A DNA stretch of 45,278 nt, the filler included, from Jimgerdemannia flammicorona (lineage: Eukaryota), in NCBI GenBank assembly GCA_003990765.1. It is 2 parts of 2 records of this genome, joined end to end, with 100 filler letters (N's around TTAATTAATTAA, not from the genome) between each part and the next. Parts side by side here need not be neighbours in the genome. Positions count along the whole stretch, not along the records: positions 22,697 to 45,278 come from RBNJ01001243.1; 1 more part is not named here. The stretch is one strand, 5' to 3'. Below, in pieces: positions 23,174 to 36,103 of this stretch (positions are counted from its first letter, which is position 1; every line of letters starts with the position of its first letter). Made by a program: the position numbers and the translations under genes. Below the pieces are notes generated by a model that was not told the origin of the DNA, made no database searches, and saw only the letters and a list, made by a program, of their open reading frames with translations.

Positions 23174-25098
23174 ATGGATGGCAATGATCGAACTGGTGAG
23201 TATGCTGACCAGGGGAGCAGTGGTGCCTTTGGCTGGCAGTAGGTGGAGATAGTTTGGGGATGCCAGGGGCCTCAATGGCTGGCTGAGGCTCTGGAGGTAG
23301 TGGGAGGGGCAGCTTGAGGCAGCAAGGAGGGGAGAGGTTGACCTTTGCTGATAAGGTCAAGTTGGGGAAGATGGCCTCAGGTCTGGATGGTTGGCTGGGT
23401 CTGTGGAAGGCATTGATGGCTGATGCTGGGAGTCAGGGAGGAGTGCCCAGGGGAGTGTCTGGTGATAGAGGAGGGGGGGGAGTAGGGGCTGGTGATATGA
23501 CTGCTGATGGGGCTGTGATGGGGGTTCTGGAAAAAAATCCAGATGTGACAGTGGTTGATGGATCAGGACAGAGAGTAGGTACGAGGCCTGGGGACCTGGC
23601 AGATGGGGTGATGGGTATGGTGTCAGCAACATTACTCAAGAAATCAAGGTTGGAATACATCATCACAATGTGCTTCAGGGGCTTGGCAGTGACTACAAGG
23701 ATGATCTTGGGGCTGGTGGTACAGGAGGCAAAGGGGGCAGCATCAGTGAAGTTTTTGAAGGGGAAAGAAGGGGTTGAGGTGGGGTTTGAGGAAGAGGAAG
23801 CTCTGTTGGCCACTATGGAGAAGGGGGTGATAGTGGGTAGAGTTGTGGTCCTTATGGCCAGGTGCATGCACTGGGACCCCTGAGTGGTGCAGTTGACAGT
23901 GTTGGATCTCCCTACAGTGTCGAGGGAGAGGGCCAGGGAGTTGATCATGGGGGCAGTCAAGGAGTATGGGAAGATTATAGACATTGGGTTCAAGGTCTGG
24001 GAAGGAATGGAGCTCAGGACTGGTGATTGGATATCCAGGTGAGGCTGGCCAGAAAGGAGAATATGGGAAAGATGAGGGATTGGCCAGCGACTCTGAGGTG
24101 GGGACCAATCAAGTGCAAGGTCACATGAGTGAAGGGGACTCTGGAAGAGGAGGAGGACTTGCTTGAAGTGCTCGAGGACCTGGAGGGGGCTGTTGAGAGG
24201 AGGAGATTGGCTTGGCAGGAGTATGAAGCGAGGACAGTAGTAGAAATCACCAAGGGAAAGAAGACCAGGGTAGATAAGGTGACCTGGGAGAAGATGCAAG
24301 GGAGGTGAATCCAGAAGAAGCTGCTGGCGACATTGGGTGGAGGTGGGGATGGCAGGAGCACAGAGGATGGGATAGCAGGATTGCAGGTGAGTAACTGGGC
24401 AGGGGGAAATGGGATGGCCCAAGGTGGGGCACAGGTTGGACCAAGGGAGGAGACACAGGGCAGTTTGGAGGTGGATGTAGAGATTAGCAAAGGAGCCCAT
24501 CCTCGGTATAGTTTCCTATCCTCGGTATAGTTTCCCAGGGGGGGCAGAGGGTGAGGAGGAGTTGCTAGATGTCCCTGATGAGGAGTGGGATGAGTTAGTA
24601 AGGAAGAGCACTTTGGTGGACCCAGGGGTGGGAGATGGTCAGGTTGCCCAGGATATGGCAGAGGCAGTGGATGAGGAGAAGTGGCTGTAGAAGACTTTGG
24701 AAGGAGTGGCAGCAGAGGAGCTAGGGGGAGAGGACTTCTGGGTTTTGGAAGAAAGGCATTGGGAGGAAATCCTTAGAGGAGAGGAGGTGCTGAGGAAGAT
24801 TAGGAATGAGATCCTGGTAGTTCTATTGGAATCGATTGAATATCAGGTCAATGATCAGAGAAAGGAGGAACTCTGGAGGATTGCAAGTGACAGGGCAGCT
24901 TACTTGTGGAGATCAAGGAAGAGATTGGAGAAGTGGAGAGTAGTCTGTGCAGACTATCGGGCAGAGATGGAAGTGGTGGATGGGGTGGAATATCAGGAAA
25001 TCTTAGAGGCATTGGATGCTCAGGCTGTAGCAGAGGAGGATATGGAAGCAGAGTGGTGTTTGGATCTGGCTGGGGATGAGATGAGTATGGAATACTAG
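23174..25098 (+). pseudogene. LINE5 ORF1, disrupted
   Basis: MDGNDRTGE start; fragments 23314-23883 and 24697-25098. Confidence 0.85.
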
Positions 25099-25129
25099 GC
25101 TGGACTATCACATTCAAACATTATTCAAT

Positions 25130-28100
25130 ATGAATAGTATAACTAGAATATTCTCTTTGAATGTGAATGGGTTGAGGGGAGTGGCTCAGCATAGGCTCTT
25201 ATTTATTTGGCTCAAGGGACTAGATGTAGATCTATTCTTACTGCAGGATATATGTTATGAGGCAGATGTGGATTTTCAGGACTGGACTAGGGAGTGGGGG
25301 AGAGTGGTAGTGTGGTTTGGGCAGGTGGGTATCCTTGTTCGGAAGGGGATGGGGGACATTGGAGATATAGGACATTGGGGTAGTTGATTGGTGTGGGGAG
25401 TGTGGAAAAGACCTGGTTGGAGCCCTGTGATGGTTGGATCATGTTATTGCCTGGCAGAGAGGGGGGAGCAGGTGGACTGGATCAGGAATTTGCAAGAGGC
25501 TGGTGTCATGATTGAGGCTGAAATTGATTGCCTGGGGGGAGATTTCAATATAGTGAGAGACAATGAAGTGGACCGGACTGATGGTGGGAGAGGGATGAAG
25601 GGCTGAAGTGGCAGGTTGGAAGGTTGGATGGAGATAGAGAGATTGAGCTCTCTGGTGGACTCAGGGAGGCAGTTCTGGGAGAATCGTTGAATTTATACTT
25701 ACTGGGCGGCAGGGCTGGGTTCTAGAATTGACTGGATACTGACAGCAGAATGCTGGAGAGTGGGTGTCTGGGCCAGGCTGGAGGTGGTTTGGTGCCCATA
25801 GTCTGATCACTGGGGTCTGCTTAGAGGGGGGAGGTTTGGGGGTAGTGGAGATGGGCCTGGACATTGGTAGCTCAATTTCTCTCTGTTGGAGGAGGGTGAT
25901 TTATGGGCTGGCTGGGAGGCAGAGGTCATTGGAAAAATTGGTCAATGGTGGGAGCAGGGCCTGGCAATCGGAGATCATTGGCGACAGCTGAAATCAAGTG
26001 CTCAGGGATATTGGAGGGAGGCAGGGAAAGGGAGGAGTGCTCAGTGGTGGCGGAGAGTATGCTGGGCCTCACAGAGGTTGGCGATGCTCCTGGAGAGATG
26101 GGCAGGAGGGCTAGAAGATAGAGATATGGCAGACTGGCATATTGTGAGGATGCAAAAGGAGGTCAGGGAGCTTAAGGAGGTGCTACAATTGGAGGAAGAG
26201 GCTAAGTTGAAGGGGATGGTGGTAAGGTTGAGGTGGCAAGAGCTGGAGGAAGGGGAGCGGCCCATGTGGTTTTTATCACAGATGTTGCAAGTATGGAGAA
26301 CTAAGCAGTGGTGGGATGATGTCTTAGATGAGGATGGGGAGATGGTGGTGGGGACTCCAGTGATTTTGGGATTGCTAAAGTCCTGCTGGAAAGGCCTATA
26401 GAGTAAGGAAGAAGGGGGTGTAGATGCCTTGGACATTGAACAGCAGTTGGAGAGTTGGTATCCAAATCCAGCAATGGGTCTAGGGGCTCTGGAGGATCAA
26501 GTAAGTGGGGAGGAGGTTTGCAAGATCCTGGCTTCGACAAGCAAGGGGATGGCACCAGGGGAGGATGGGCTTCCCTGGGATTTTTGGAAAAAGATGGCCA
26601 GAGTGGAGGTGGTGTTGGAGGAGTTGACAGGGATGTGTGATGAGGTTCTTAGATCAGGAACTTGGATTGGGGGCCAGCATCTAGGGCTGGTCTCTCTGCT
26701 CTTTAAAGATAAGGGGAGAAGGGAATATTAGAAGAACTGGCAGCCGATTATACTCCTTGATATAGACCACAAACTGGTTACAAAGGTGTTGGTAGCTAGG
26801 CTGCAGGGGATCACTCAGCAAGTGCTGTAAGGTGAGCAGAGAGAGTTTGTTGGTGGGCAATTGATTCGAGATAGAACAGCCTGGGTCCATGGTGTGATTG
26901 AAGGGGCCTGGGCTGCTGGGGTGGATGGATGATTGGTGTTTCTAGATCAGGAGAAGGCTTATGATAGAGTGTGGAGGATCTGGCTAGATGGGGTGCTGAA
27001 ACAGGTGGGTGTTTCACCAGAGTTCTGGAGGTCATTAATTGGTCTATTGGAGGACAGTCAGACAGCCTTAGTGGTCAATAGACACAGGGGTATTACTTTC
27101 TCTCTGGGTCAGGGGGTACTGCAGGGCGACCCTTTATCACCCATCCTGTATGCCCTTTCCTTGGAGCCCCTATTGGACAGGATCAGACATAGAATTGGGG
27201 GTTTGGACATTTTGGGGATTAATTGGAAAGTGGGGGCCTTTGCAGATGATATAGTAGTTGGCTTGGATTCATTGGCAGATGTGGAGGAATTACAGCGGAC
27301 TGTGGAATGGTATGAGAGGGGCTCTGGTGCTAGACTCAATTAGCACAAATGTGAGACAATGGTATTAGGGGGAGGGATAGTAGGCGGTGATGTGATTGGG
27401 ACAGTAGTGCCAGCAGGAGATCCCATTTGCTACCTAGAGATCTACTTCTCTGTTTATGGGTCCCTCCTTCCTTATGCTTGGTGGGAGTAGCAGCTCATAG
27501 TATGGAGAGATGTGCTTTTACAGTAGGGTGGTCAGCACATTTCCTTGGCAGGAAGGGTGATGGTGCTGAATGTATATTGGCTGCCAAAGTTGTGGTATGT
27601 GGGATATTATCTGGATTTCCCAGCATGGGTGGTCAGGCATCTTCTGAAGATAGTGAGGACATGGATCTGGGCTGGGTGGTGGAGTCAGATAAGTTGGAAG
27701 ATGCTGACTCTACCTGTGGATGGTGGTAGACTGGGCTGGGTAGACTTCCTCAAATGCCTTCACTGCCTGCGAGTGTGGTGGCTGAAGAAGGCGAGTGAGC
27801 TAAGGAGACAGAAGTGGGTACCACTCATGCAAAGGGTGTGGGAGGCCCAGTATTCCCCCCACAGTGCATCTGGCAATTTACTTGCAATGGTGGCCCTAGA
27901 TGGGAGCGAGAGGATGCAGTATAAGGGCTTTTGGTGGGGGGTGGTGGATGGTGTCTGGAGAATTGATCTATAATGGCAGGGTGATGAAGGTGAGGGTGAT
28001 TGGGGACCACGAATGTGGCAATGGGATAGGCTCTTGTTAGGTGGCACTTTGGTAGAGGACTTTCAGCTGAGTGATGGTATAGAGTGCTTGCAGGGCTTAG

Positions 28101-28797
28101 GAGGGGATCTGTGGCCTACTGCATGGCAGAGGGTGGGGATTGGTGAGGGGTGGGACTGGAATGGGCTTTGGCCTTGGAGCAAGCAGGTGATGTGGTGGCT
28201 CTCCCCCAAGTTCTGAGTGGTGTGGTGGTGGTTTCTAAGGCAGAATGTGATGTTGAACTTTCAGTCTAGATACTTTGTAGAGGATAGCCATTATGAGTGT
28301 GAGGAATGTTTAGATGTTGGACAGGAAGGGGGAGTGATTCAAATGCCTGAACATTGGCTTGGGGAGTGTGAAATTCTGGGGGTTTTTTGGCACTGCATTG
28401 TGGCCAAGTTAGGGCTGCGAGCCCTGGTGGGAGGGGAAGGGGGGAGATAGGGAGAGCTCTAGTGCCAGTTAGTGGAGGAGGGTGGGGGACGAATGGCTGA
28501 CCCTGGGTTGGGCTCTGGCAAATTGGATTGGGCTGGCAGAGCATTGGTTGTATGTATGTATTCAAGGAGGGTTGGCAGATAGAGATTAGGGATAGGGTGG
28601 CATGGTGGGAATGGCTACTATTGGATATTTTGAATAGCTGGTGGCAGGAGTGGGGACCTGGTGGGGATAGACATCAGGGATTGGTGAAGTGTGTTTGTCA
28701 GAAAAGTAGGGGGCAGGTCTGGGTAGTGGGTGACTGGGTCATCTTCCAACAGAGGGGGGTGGAGGGGGGTGAGGGGGATCCGAGGGGTATTGGGTGA
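25130..28797 (+). pseudogene. LINE5 ORF2 (APE-RT-CCHC), disrupted
   Basis: MNSITRIFSLNVNGLRG, LGGDFN, FLDQEKAYDRV, QGDPLSP, AFADD, CEEC...EHWLGEC. Confidence 0.93.
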
Positions 28798-28895
28798 AGG
28801 GATGGGAGTAGTATTGTAGTATTATAATAGATTATGATAATAAAGAGAAGTCCAAGTGACTATAAAAAAAAAAAAACAAAAAACAAAAAACAAAA

Positions 28896-29072
28896 TAGCC
28901 TGTTAAGTAAGGAAGAAGGAAGTGCTGATGAGAAGACAATTGAGTGCTCTCTGGAGGATTGGTACTCTCCACAGATTGATAGTCTTAGGGACTTAGTTCT
29001 GTCAGTTTAGGAGGATAAAATTTTATATATCTTATACTATAAAATAGAGTATGGCTCTCAGTAAGAATGGCC
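28896..29072 (+). pseudogene. Old LINE ORF2 relic, right part; cut by the gypsy B LTR
   Basis: SKEEGSADEKTIECSLEDWYSPQIDSLRDLVL continues the 22708-23091 relic. Confidence 0.85.
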
Positions 29073-29997
29073 TGTAGATCTCTTGAATAATAATGGATAA
29101 CTTGAATAGTGTGGATTCTCCTGAATTGGTGGACCAGATAACTTGATAACTTAGATAACTTAGTAAACTTAGATGTTGCAGAATCTTCCTCAATTGGGAA
29201 ATAACTTGGATGGTGCAGATAACTTGGGTGACATAGATAACTTGATTTAGTGCAGATTCTCCTAAATTGGTGACTTTCTGAAAATATCAGATAACTTGAT
29301 ACTTTGAATAACTTGGATGATATGAATAACTTGGATGTCATGGATTCTTGATAAGTTATATTAAAGACTGATTTTATTTGTATGGGGTTACATCATAGAC
29401 TGGCTCCACTGTGAAGTTGTATCAGAAGACTGACTTATGGCAAGGTTCCTTAAGGCAGACTCTCTGGAAAAGGTGGATTCTCTTCAGACTTATCTGGCAA
29501 GTGATTCAAAATGTAGCAGACTTCTGGAAAGGTGGCTTATTTCTTAAGTAATAGATTACTCTTTAAATGGCAGTGAGGTTCTTTACTCAAACTTAGCAGT
29601 AAGTCTTCAGGCTTTGTATCAGAAAGTAGACCAGAGTGGGGGAAAAAAGAACCAATGATCATAATCTTTAGTGGCTTCTTTGGTTTGTACTTCAACTTTT
29701 CAGACTGAGGTTTATTCACTCTTGTCTCTGGGATATTTTATATAGTTGTAGTTGCTATCTGATTACTATATTGCTAATTATAGATTGCTATCTATGGTAG
29801 GTGTATCTGGATGATACAGTGTACTGAACTAGTATAGTATACCTACTACTGGACTGATATAGATAAATATACTGTTCCTCATATCTCTGGCTAATTATAT
29901 AGATTAGTTCTGTAAGGCAGTCTTGGTTACTTAGTGCACTAGATATGGTATGTAACTAATTTATAATTTTGGTGATACAATACTGCTACTCATCACA
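29073..29997 (-). repeat. Probable 3' LTR of gypsy B (~925 bp, TGTGA...CTACA)
   Basis: Preceded on minus by PPT-like TTTAGTGGGGGCTAA (29998-30012); ends in CA exactly where LINE relic homology resumes; partner LTR is not in the window. Confidence 0.72.
29095..29360 (+). repeat. Cluster of ~10 (G/A)ATAACTT motifs with a duplicated GATTCTCCT.AATTGGTG
   Basis: Read directly from the sequence. Confidence 0.8.
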
Positions 29998-30260
29998 TTA
30001 GCCCCCACTAAAGGATGGTACTATCCTTTAGTCATCATCTCAATATGTATAAGCATTTTCAGCATCAATATCTGAACTATTATCTTCATTTGGATCAGAG
30101 TTACTCCATTCAAGGGATTCTTCTTCTTCCTCTAGAAATAGGATTTTTAAATAGTTGATAATACTCAGATAGGTGGCAGGATTCATTTATTGTATATCAT
30201 TCAGAGATAACTGTACCTATATCAGTACTGGGGTGTTTTGTTTGTAGATTATATATAATC

Positions 30261-30329
<69 letters not shown>

Positions 30330-30388
30330 GTTACTTGGACTCTGCCTTTATTATCAGTCTATGAATAATTATACAACATTCCAACCCA

Positions 30389-33300
30389 CTATCCAATCCC
30401 CACCAGGGGGCCCCTCCCTGCTTCCTCACGAATGAAAATCACCCTTTCACCAATGACCCCCACTCTCCCCCCACTCTGCCTACAGATTTTCTCCACCAAG
30501 CAGCGCCTCCAACCACCCTGCATCCCCCAACCCAGCCACCAGCCAGTTAAGATGTCTTCCATAAGCCTATGCCATCACAGCAGCCAGTCCCCCAAGCTCT
30601 GCCTCCTCCCATCCTCAAAGACAAATAGCCAATGACTGGTCAACTCCACCCAAATAGCCAAAGCCCAACCTAACATGAGCCACTCCTTCCCTATCCCCCC
30701 TACCAATCTAACCCTCAGGTCCTCCCATCGCCCCTGTACTCCATCACTCCTACCCTGTACCCCTAAGCGATCCCCAATTGTCTGCCAAAAATTCCCCAAC
30801 ACCTCACACTCTCCTAGCCAATGTTCTGGCATCTGTACATAGCCCCCCTCCTGCCCTACATTATGGCACTCCTCACAGTCGAAGCAACCCCCTACAACCA
30901 GGTACCCTGAGTGAAAATTGAGCATAACATTCCTCCGCAGCATGCACCACCAGACCACCCAGTACTTTGGAGGCAGCCATGCTCTCACCACAGCACTCCA
31001 GGTCCAAACACTATGCCAGTTCCACTCTTCGCCAATTCCAACTCCTTGCCAACCGCTAGGCCACAGATCCTGGCCTGGTCCCCTTTGGCATTCTATTCCA
31101 TCACCAATGTCAAACTCAGCTAAAGGAGCACCACCCAGTAGTAAACAGTCCCATCTCCACATCACCGGGTCCCAATCCTCCTCACCTTCATTCCCTTGCC
31201 AATGAATACCAATACGGTGCACTCCTTCTACAATTCCCCACCAGAATTCTTTATATCATAGTTGGGCAGTGTTCTGAAGCCCAACCAAGGAGAGGAGATC
31301 ACCGGTTGAGCCCCTTGGCGACGTCCACCTCTCCCAGATCTTTTGTAACAGAGGAACCCATCCACCTCCTCTCAACTCCACCGCCCTCTTCAGCCACCAT
31401 ACTCTCAAGCAGTGTAACCGTTTCGGGAAGTCAACCAGCCCAAGACCACCTCTCGCCACTGGCAGGGACAAGGTTTCCCAACTGATCTGACTCCACCTAC
31501 CAGCCCAAATCCATCCTTTTGCTGCCCTCATCAATCTCTTCACTACCCAGGCTGAGAAGTCCAGATGATACACCAAATACCACAACTTTGGCAGCCAGTA
31601 GACATTCAAAACCGAGACCCTCCCTGCTAGAGAAAAATGTCTACCCCCCCAACTCCGCAGAGCCTCCTCCCAGATTCCAATCCTCTGCTCCCACCAAAGC
31701 TCGGGCAGAACTGACCCATAGACTGACAAGTAGATACCTAAGTACCACACTGCTTCACCAGTGGGGACAATTGTTCCTATGACCTCCCCTCCCACCAGGC
31801 CATTCCCAAGCACCATTGTCTCACACTTATACCAATTCAGCTTAGCTCCAGAATGCTCCTCATACCACTCCACAGTCCTCTTGAGCTCCTCAACATCAGC
31901 AATTGAACCCAGGCCCACCACCATGTCGTCAGCAAAGGCCCCAACCTTCCATCCTATTCTAAAGATAGAGAGCCCCACTATCCTCTGCCTAATCTGGTCC
32001 ATAAGTGGTTCCAGGGAAAGAGCATACAAAATGGGGGACAGTGGGTCCCCCTGGGGCACGCCCCTTCCCAAGGGGAATGCTACCCCTCTATATCCATTGC
32101 ACATGAGTGCAGCCCTACTCCCTTCCAGTAGGCTGACCATTGTTGACTGGAATTGGTGGTACCCCCATTCTATCCAGAACTTTCTCCAGCCAGGCTCTCC
32201 GCACCTGGTCGTAAGCCTTCTCCTGGTCCAAGAAAACTAGATGCCCATCTAGCCCACATGCTCTCGCCCCTTCGATGATGCCATGCACTCAGGCAGTGCC
32301 ATCCCTGATGAGCCGACCACCCACAAATCCCCTCTGCTCCATGCCAATGACTTGCTGGGCCACCTTCTGTAGTCTCGCCACCACCACCTTGGTTACCAAC
32401 TTTCTGTCCATATCTAGCAGCATTATCGGCTGCCAGTTCTTCCAATCCTCCTCCCCTCCTTTGTTTTTGTAGAGCAGCATCACCAGCCCAAGGTCCTGCT
32501 CTCCCACCCATCTACCTGTCTGTAGAATAAGGTCGCATAATGCTGTCATCTCTCCCATCACTCTTGGGACCTCAACCATTCATTTCCAAAAGTCCCAGAG
32601 CAGCCCATCCTCCCCAGGTGCCATACCGGACATTGTCACAGCAAGAACCTAGTGGATCTCACCCTCCTGTACAGACATCACCAGGTCCCCTAGCCCTTCA
32701 ACTTGTGGTGGGTACCAATCCTCCAATGTACGTTCAATTGCAGCAGCATCCGCCCCACCTTCCTCCTCACTCCACAATCCACTCCATCTCTCCTTCAGCG
32801 ATCCAAGAATGTCCTGAACACCATGCACTAGTACACCATCAGAGTCCAAGACCCCTTCCCACTGTTGCTGGACCTGCCTCACCCTAAGGGCTCTTGAAAG
32901 AAGCTTGGAAGGCCTCTCTCCTTCCTCCAGATCCTGCCAATAAAGCCGTGCTGCCAAGCTTTGTATCCTTGCCTCTTCTTCCTCCTGCAGCACCTGTTGA
33001 AGTTCCCCAACCTCCATTTTCGCCCTCAGTAATCTCCAATCTTCTTCTCCCTCCAACATCATCAGCCGTGCCCACTCCTCCAGGAGCCTCGTCAATTGAG
33101 CAGAGGCCCAGCACACCTTTTGTTTTCACTGCTTCCCTGCCTCCTTGCCAGCCTCCTTCCAGTAAATCCTGGCCATTTCCATCATCCTCATCCACCGAGT
33201 CCCAACTGCAACCCCTTCCTGCCTCCAGGTCTCCACCCTCAGCTGAATGTCTCTAGCCCACTCATCCCACCGGGTCTTGTCATCTAACAAAGAGGAATTG

Positions 33301-34044
33301 AGGCACCAATGTCCAGGCCCATCCCCACTTCCCCCAAAGCACCTCTGTCCCAAGAGCCCCCCAGTGATCCAACCATGGACACCATTCCACCTCTAATGAT
33401 TTCCAAACATCTAGGCCCCAGCAGCAAGCCATCAAAATCCAATTGATCCTAGTCCCCAGACCCCCTGCCCAATGTGTATAGACCCTCCTGCTCCCCCAGC
33501 ACTCCCTTCCAGCATCCAATAGCGCACTCAGCCTCTCGACTTCCTCCCATACCACCAGCCCTCCACTCCTGCCCTCAGCACCTCGTTCTCCATCTGATCT
33601 ATCCATCTGAATATCTCTAACCATATTGAAATCTCCCCCTAGCACATCCACCCCGGCCTCTGCAAATAATCCACTCTCCTGTAGTCCCTTCACCCAATCG
33701 ACCCTCTCACCCCATACCACAGGGCAGTAGCAAGAACCAACCGTAACTGGTTCCCAGCCTACCTGAATTCACTCTCCCCAGATCATTCTCTCCCCCCAGC
33801 ACTGCACATTCTGAATCTCCCCTCTGCCTCTCCTAACCAAGATCCCAACCTTGCTCCTCCAAATCACTGCACCTCCCCACTCCTTCGTCCATTCTAACCT
33901 ATCAGAGTCATCTTCGCACCGAACATCCTGCAAGAGGAAGAGATTGGCCTCCAATCCCTTCATCCAAGTAAAAATGTTCCTACATCGAGAAGCACCCCAT
34001 AACCCATTCACATTCAAAGAGAAAATGTTTGTTATACTATTCAT
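30389..34044 (-). pseudogene. LINE6 ORF2 (APE-RT-CCHC), disrupted
   Basis: MNSITNIFSLNVNGL, LGGDFN, GVPQGDPLSP, AFADD, CEEC...EHWLGEC. Confidence 0.93.
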
Positions 34045-34077
34045 ATTGATGATATATATGATGTCATCGAACTGCCT

Positions 34078-36103
34078 CTACTGCTCCATGCTCATCTCCT
34101 CCTGTGCCCTGTCCAAATTATGTTCTGCAGCCACCTCCTCCTCTTCAGCCCTCTGAGCCTCCAATCCAGCCAGTAGTTCATTCATCTCACCATCGGCCTT
34201 CTCCTCAAACTCCTCTCAGTATTCGATGCAGGCTTCCTGCCAGAGCTGTAGTCCATGTCGCTTGTTCCAGCAGTATTCAGCCCTTTCTCCAGCAACAACT
34301 GCCAACTCCTCCTCTCTCCCCTTATCCACCTCATATCCTTCCTCCTCCAGGTACACTGCAAGAAATTCTGCCTTCAATGCCTTTACCACGCCATCCCCCT
34401 GCAGTATTCCTGCCCAGTGCTCATCACTCATCACTTGCAAGTCCACTTCCCCCAACTCTTCCGCCGCCAGGTTATTCATCATTCGGCACGTCCAAAGCAG
34501 GTTCCCCACCTCTTTCCCCCCCAGAGTCGCCAACCTCCCTCCATCCAACATTGTGGTGTTAGCTCCAGCACTTGCAGACTCATCCCACACTTCCGGGACA
34601 TCCACCAGTTCCTCCTTGCCATCTGCCTCCACCTGTCCCCCATACGCTACCTCTGGAACTCCGAATTGCACCTGCTGGGCCCCTCGCATAGGCACATCTT
34701 CCACCACCTTATTCTGGGAAGCCGGGCCATGCCTGATGAGAGGGGTAGGGGTAGGGGAATCCACCCAGTCCTCCTCCCACACCTCCAGTGTACCATCCGC
34801 ATATAGGTTCCTCCCTGCCTTCTTCATATCCTCCCCCGCCTCCTTCTTGTCCTTCCCCTCCCCCTCGCTGGCCCAGACACTCGCTCCAGCTCTCCCTGTG
34901 CCCATCATCTTGCTTGCCTCTCCCAGTGGTCTGCTATCCAGCTTGGCCAACAACTCCTTCTGCCTCTTGCGCCTCTGAGCCCTTTCCCACTGCTCCTTGG
35001 TCACTCGAATCCACTTTCCATCCACCACCTCCAAGTGTGTCGCCTCTTCAAAAGCCTCCCAAGCCTTCGCTCACCTCTCCACAGCCCCCCCAAGCTCTTC
35101 GAGTGCTTCCAGTAAATCCTCCTCCTCTTCCTCACTCCCCTTCACCCTTGTCACCTTACACAGGATTGCTCCCCAGACCATCGCTGAAGGCCAATCCCTT
35201 GCCTTCCCCATGGCTTCCTTCCCAGCTAGCTGAATCCTCACATCCATGTCACCAGTCCTGAGCAAGGTCCCCTCCCAGACCCAGAACCCGATATCGACCA
35301 CCTCATCGTATTCTGCCATGAAATCCTCAACCCTCTTCCTTGTCTCCATCGCTGTCACCGTCGGCACTCCCTTCACCAGCAGTTGGACCACCCTGGGGTC
35401 CCACTTTAAGCACCGTACCATAGGAACACATACCTCCCCAACCACCAATCCAACCTTCAGTGTCTCCTCCAGTAGTGCTGCCTCCTCAAAACCCACCTCC
35501 ACTCCTTCCAGTCCCTTCAAAAACTTCACAGATGCTGCACCTGCCACCTGCTTAGCGATGAGCCCTAGCACCATTTTTGCCATCACCACCAGGCCCTGGA
35601 AGCATAGTGTGACCCCGAATGCCGAAATTGATTTCTTGAGTAATGGAGCCACTGCCAGACCCATTACACCATCCGCCAAGTCCCCTTGCTTTCTAAGCCT
35701 CAGCTGCTCAGCCTCGCCATCAGCCATCACATCTGGATTTTTTTCCAGATCGACAGTCCCAATACCATTAGCAGTCACACCCCCCCCCAGCCACTACTCC
35801 TGCAGCTCCACTGCCCCCCCTTCCAAGGGCTGCACCCCCCGGCACCATCTTCTCCTCGGTCCCCTTGCCCTTCTTCAGCCAGCCCTCCAGCCCCGACGCC
35901 TGCTGCCTCCCCTTCACCATCTCCATGAAGCTTGCCCTCCCAGATCCTGATCCTCCACCACCTCCTCCACCCCTTCCATGTCCACCCGCCAGCAGGCCCC
36001 TCATACTGCCCCCCAGGCCTGGCCCCCTCCCCACCTGTTGCCAGTCGAAAGTGCTAGGGCCGCCCTGCCTAGTATGCACCTCAGGTTGTCTGTCAGTTGC
36101 CAT
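34078..36103 (-). pseudogene. LINE6 ORF1, disrupted
   Basis: Fragments 35768-36103, 35071-35778 and 34216-35034 align to copy 1 ORF1. Confidence 0.88.

Larger units (their letters stand above)
23092..28895 (+). mobile_element. LINE copy 5 (subfamily B), full length, A/C-rich tail, TSD of at least 13 bp
   Basis: 5' GCATCTTTCACCAGTATCACTCAGGTGACACAA; AATAAA then poly(A); TSD TAG(T/C)CTGTTAAGT at 23079-23091 and 28896-28908. Confidence 0.96.

Noticed and set aside
29095..29360. Repeat-spacer-like pattern suggesting CRISPR
   Set aside because: Repeats are only 7-10 bp, irregularly spaced, inside a eukaryotic LTR, and there are no cas genes.
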